Virus record (IMG/VR): IMGVR_UViG_2563366799_000005
Direction: 5' to 3' (one strand)
Source: a virus
Lineage: Duplodnaviria > Heunggongvirae > Uroviricota > Caudoviricetes
Length of the DNA: 9,993 nucleotides
This document shows positions 6,920-9,993 of the stretch, one piece after another. Within the stretch, counting starts at the first letter, position 1, and each line of letters starts with the position of its first letter. The notes beneath the pieces are model-generated. The model was given only the letters and a program-made list of their open reading frames with translations. It was not told the origin of the DNA and did no database searches. The position numbers and the translations under genes are program-made.

Positions 6920-7138
6920 ATGATGATTTGCCCACTGTGTGGAAGTGCCGCCCATACTCGCAGCAGTTTTCAGGTATCTTCATTGACCAAAGAGCGTTAC
7001 AACCAGTGCCAGAATATTAACTGCAGCCATACTTTTGTAACCCATGAAACTTTTGTTCGTTCGATTGCAACGCCAAAAGAGTCAAATCCGGTTCAGCCGC
7101 ATCCAATGAAATCAGGACAGGTGGCGCTCTCTCTTTGA
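6920..7138 (+). CDS. ogr: Ogr/Delta-family zinc-finger late transcription activator (72 aa)
   Basis: MMICPLCGSAAHTRSS...KERYNQCQNINCSHTF...VQPHP follows P2 Ogr as I recall it (MFHCPLCQHAAHARTS...KERYHQCQNVNCSATF...VRPHP), with the CxxC...CxxxxC zinc motif. Length of 72 aa equals P2 Ogr. GGGGAGA RBS about 9 nt before ATG 6920. Stop is immediately followed by the right repeat copy. Confidence 0.9.
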   Translation: MMICPLCGSAAHTRSSFQVSSLTKERYNQCQNINCSHTFVTHETFVRSIATPKESNPVQPHPMKSGQVALSL

Positions 7139-7160
7139 CGCTGCCGCCATTTTGTCGCCA
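7139..7160. repeat. Candidate attR core (right copy of the 22-bp direct repeat)
   Basis: cgctgccgccattttgtcgcca, 21/22 identical to 19-40, starting at the first base after the ogr stop codon. Confidence 0.6.
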
Positions 7161-7218
7161 TCGTTAAAAAACAGTGCTTCTAACGTCATGATTTTAAACG
7201 GCATAAATTTCAGGCAAC

Positions 7219-7261
7219 AAAAAACCCATCAACCTTGAACCGAAATGGCGGGGTTGATGGG
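7219..7261 (-). terminator. Rho-independent terminator-like hairpin downstream of ybjL
   Basis: On the minus strand: 10-bp stem CCCATCAACC / GGTTGATGGG (7225-7234 with 7252-7261), 17-nt loop, followed by TTTTTT (complement of 7219-7224). No U-tract on the + strand side. Confidence 0.5.
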
Positions 7262-7373
7262 CTCCACAAAATGGGGACATCAAAGAAAAGCAGTGGCACT
7301 AATTAAGACTGATGCCCTGCGGAAAAGTTCTGCGGTTGTGCAAAAAAATTTCATTTTCAGGGCAACTTCAGTT

Positions 7374-9059
7374 TTATCCTAATCCTGGCCATACCATGAC
7401 GATGATTGTCCCTGCCAGCGTCAGCAGGACGTTGGCGATTGCGTAGGTGCCCGCATAGCCCAGCGCAGGGATGTTACTGCGAGCTGTATCACTGATGATC
7501 TCCATTGCCGGCGCGCAGGTGCGTGCGCCCATCATTGCGCCGAACAACAGTGCGCGGTTCATTCGCAATACATAAGCACCGAACAAGAAACAGATAACCA
7601 CGGGCACAAGACTGACAATTAATCCGGCAATCAACATCTGACCGCCAATCGCGCCCAGGCCGTTATTAATACCGCTACCGGCGCTCAGACCAACGCCTGC
7701 CATAAACACCATCAAGCCGAACTCTTTCACCATGCTTAATGCACCTTGCGGAATGTAACCGAAGGTCGGGTGGTTAGCACGCATAAAGCCCAGCATAATT
7801 CCGGCGAATAACAACCCGGCAGCGTTCCCCATGCCGAAACTGAATGTGCTGAACTGGAAGGTGATCATCCCGATCATCAGCCCAATAACAAAGAAGGCGC
7901 AAAATGCCAGCAGGTCAGTGACCTGGCTGTGAATCGAGATAAAGCCGATGCGATCGGCGATGGTTTTTACGCGACGGGCATCACCGCTGACTTGTAAAAC
8001 GTCACCTTTGTTAAGCACGACGTTGTCATCTATCGGCATCTCAATCTGGCTACGAATGACGCGGTTAAGGAAGCAACCGTGATCGGTCAACTTCAGTTGT
8101 GCGAGACGTTTACCTACAGCGTTATGGTTTTTAACGACCACTTCTTCAGTGACGATACGCATGTCGAGAAGGTCACGATCGAAAACTTCTTTACCGTTAC
8201 GGAAGCTGGGATCGAGTCGGGCATGGGCGTCGGGATAGCCTACCAACGCTATTTCATCGCCCATTTGTAGCACGGCATCACCGTCTGGATTTGCCAGAAT
8301 CCCGTTACGTCGAATACGTTCAATGTAGCAGCCGGTTTGTCGATAAATACCCAGTTCACGCAGATTTTTGCCGTCGGTCCAGGCCACCAGCTCCGGGCCG
8401 ACGCGATAGGCGCGGATCACCGGTAAATAAACCTTACGGTTGGCATCAGTGTCCAGGCCACGTTCGCGGGCGATTTGCTGGGCGCTGGTCTGTAAGTCCT
8501 GATGCTGCAATTTCGGCAAGTAACGCGCACCAACAATCAAACTCACCAGACCGATTAAATAGGTTAAGGCATACCCGAGGCTCAGATTATCCAGTGCCAG
8601 TGAGAGCTGCCTGCTTTCCATGCCGGAATGACGCAGTGTATCGCCAGCACCGACCAGAACCGGTGTCGACGTCATAGAGCCTGCTAACATACCGGCCGTC
8701 AGGCCAATATCCCAGCCAAACAGCTTACCTAACCCTAAGGCGATCACCAGCGCACTGCCAACCATCACCAGTGCTAACATTAGGTAATTTTTCCCATCGC
8801 GAAAAAAAATGGAAAAAAAGTTCGGTCCGGCTTCGACCCCGACGCAGAAAATAAACAGCATAAAGCCAAGATTAAGCGCATCGGTGTTAATGCTGAAATG
8901 TTGTTGGCCTAATAACAGCGATACGACTAAAACGCCAATGGAATTACCCAGTTGGATCGAACCAAGTCGTAACTTTCCGAGACATAGCCCAAGCGCGAGG
9001 ACCACAAATAATAACAGAATGTAATTCCCATTTAACAATTCGGCGACGTTTATATTCAC
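7374..9059 (-). CDS. ybjL: Putative transport protein YbjL (AAE-family membrane transporter with central RCK/TrkA-C-like region), 561 aa
   Basis: Translation [29 protein letters not shown]... matches E. coli YbjL as I remember it, full length. Hydrophobic N- and C-terminal membrane domains flank a soluble middle. GTG start at 9059. Confidence 0.93.
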
Positions 9060-9328
9060 GGAGGCTAACTTCTTGTTTACTAGTAAGCTGTTGAAAGAAA
9101 TGGTAATTTACGATAATGTTTTTTACCAGAATTCAGGGCGCAGATTCATTCAGCGCACCTAAACGATAGTAAAGTAACAATATATTTTACTAGTGTAATC
9201 ACATTAGGTATCAACGGCTATATGAATTGCGTTGGCCTATATTAGCATGGAATGCAAAGCGGCTTTATCTTACTGAACGCCACACTGGCGAAAAATGTGT
9301 TCGATAGACGCAGTGTCAGGAGGAACGA

Positions 9329-9706
9329 GTGAAACATAAACAACGTTGGGCGGGGGCAATCTGCTGTTTTGTCCTCTTCATTGTGGTGTGCCTTTTTCTG
9401 GCGACGCACATGAAAGGCGCTTTTCGGGCTGCCGGGCATCCTGAAATCGGCTTGCTATTTTTCATTCTTCCTGGAGCAGTCGCCAGCTTCTTTTCACAGC
9501 GTAGAGAAGTCCTGAAACCTCTGTTTGGCGCAATGCTGGCGGCACCCTGTTCGATGCTCATTATGCGGCTGTTTTTTTCACCGACGCGCTCATTCTGGCA
9601 AGAGCTGGCATGGTTACTAAGCGCGGTGTTCTGGTGTGCGCTGGGGGCACTGTGTTTCTTATTTATCAGTAGTTTGTTTAAACCACAGCACAGAAAAAAT
9701 CAGTAA
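9329..9706 (+). CDS. ybjM: Inner membrane protein YbjM (125 aa)
   Basis: GTG start with AGGAGG RBS 5 nt upstream. Hydrophobic 125-aa protein MKHKQRWAGAICCFVLFIVV..., in conserved E. coli synteny between ybjL and grxA. Confidence 0.88.
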   Translation: MKHKQRWAGAICCFVLFIVVCLFLATHMKGAFRAAGHPEIGLLFFILPGAVASFFSQRREVLKPLFGAMLAAPCSMLIMRLFFSPTRSFWQELAWLLSAVFWCALGALCFLFISSLFKPQHRKNQ

Positions 9707-9725
9707 AGCCCTCAACGCGAGGGCT
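9707..9725. terminator. Hairpin between convergent ybjM and grxA (possible bidirectional terminator)
   Basis: 7-bp GC-rich stem AGCCCTC / GAGGGCT with 5-nt loop (aacgc), starting 1 nt after the ybjM stop and 11 nt before the grxA stop. A-run on one side and TT on the other. Confidence 0.5.
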
Positions 9726-9735
9726 TGTCAGACGA

Positions 9736-9993
9736 TCAGGCGTCCAGATTTTCTTTCACCCATGCAGCAAAATCGGTATAGCCGCCGATATGTTGCTGAT
9801 CGACAAAAATCTGCGGCACGGTTTCTACGGGTTTACCTGCCTTTTGTTGTAGATCTTCTTTAGTGATCCCTTCCGCACGAATATCTACATACTGATACTG
9901 AAAATCATCGCGTTCATTGCTCAATTTCTCAGCCAGATCTTTTGCACGCACACAGTAAGGGCAACCCGAACGACCAAAAATAACGGTTTGCAT
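9736..9993 (-). CDS. grxA: Glutaredoxin 1 (85 aa), complete; start codon at the window end
   Basis: MQTVIFGRSGCPYCVRAKDLAEKL... with CPYC active site; matches E. coli GrxA essentially along its whole length. Confidence 0.95.
   Translation of the reverse strand: MQTVIFGRSGCPYCVRAKDLAEKLSNERDDFQYQYVDIRAEGITKEDLQQKAGKPVETVPQIFVDQQHIGGYTDFAAWVKENLDA

Larger units (their letters stand above)
19..7160. mobile_element. Decayed 186/P2-family prophage remnant (about 7.1 kb) bounded by a 22-bp direct repeat
   Basis: Gene content and order int, cI, apl, cII ... capsid fragment, tape measure, D fragment, ogr matches the two ends of a 186/P2 prophage map. The 22-bp repeat CGCTGCCGCCA(C/T)TTTGTCGCCA sits exactly at both ends. 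AT-rich early region contrasts with GC-rich tail genes. Most of the roughly 30 kb expected for a full phage is missing. Confidence 0.8.

Noticed and set aside
6826-7020. 64-aa + strand ORF and the upstream extension (6887-6919) of the ogr ORF
   Set aside because: The 64-aa ORF overlaps ogr in another frame. The ogr extension would add 11 residues before the conserved MxxCPLC start and lacks an RBS, whereas ATG 6920 has one.
8079-9024. Three + strand ORFs (63, 128, 71 aa) within ybjL
   Set aside because: Antisense to the well-supported ybjL coding sequence.
9242-9561. Two minus-strand ORFs (65 and 81 aa)
   Set aside because: Overlap ybjM and its promoter region antisense; basic, low-complexity translations.
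9636-9863. 75-aa + strand ORF
   Set aside because: Spans the ybjM 3' end, the terminator hairpin and antisense grxA; not a plausible gene.
1-9993. Searched for CRISPR arrays, tRNA or tmRNA genes at the att sites, IS elements or transposases
   Set aside because: No regularly spaced repeats with spacers, no cloverleaf-like sequence adjacent to either att copy, and no transposase-like ORF or terminal inverted repeats were seen.

Overview
The window holds a roughly 7.1 kb decayed prophage of the 186/P2 family (temperate myoviruses) followed by ordinary E. coli-type chromosome (ybjL, ybjM, grxA). The prophage is bracketed by a 22-bp direct repeat (19-40 and 7139-7160, 21/22 identical), which I read as attL/attR. 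Its lysogeny/immunity module looks intact: integrase, 186-type CI repressor, a face-to-face switch region, Apl/Cox-like protein and CII, followed by three small early ORFs. The morphogenetic genes are reduced to debris: an inverted 5' fragment of the major capsid gene, a tape-measure gene with both ends abutting junctions, a short probable 3' remnant of tail gene D, and an intact ogr-type zinc-finger late activator beside attR. No replication, lysis, terminase or tum genes are present, so the element should be non-inducible. The most interesting candidate for something undescribed is a small AT-rich ORF wedged between cI and int: a 63-aa predicted secreted, lysine-rich, four-cysteine peptide with a strong RBS, apparently expressed from the lysogenic operon. 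No tRNA, rRNA, CRISPR array or transposase was found. All homology statements come from reading the translations against remembered family features, not from a database search.
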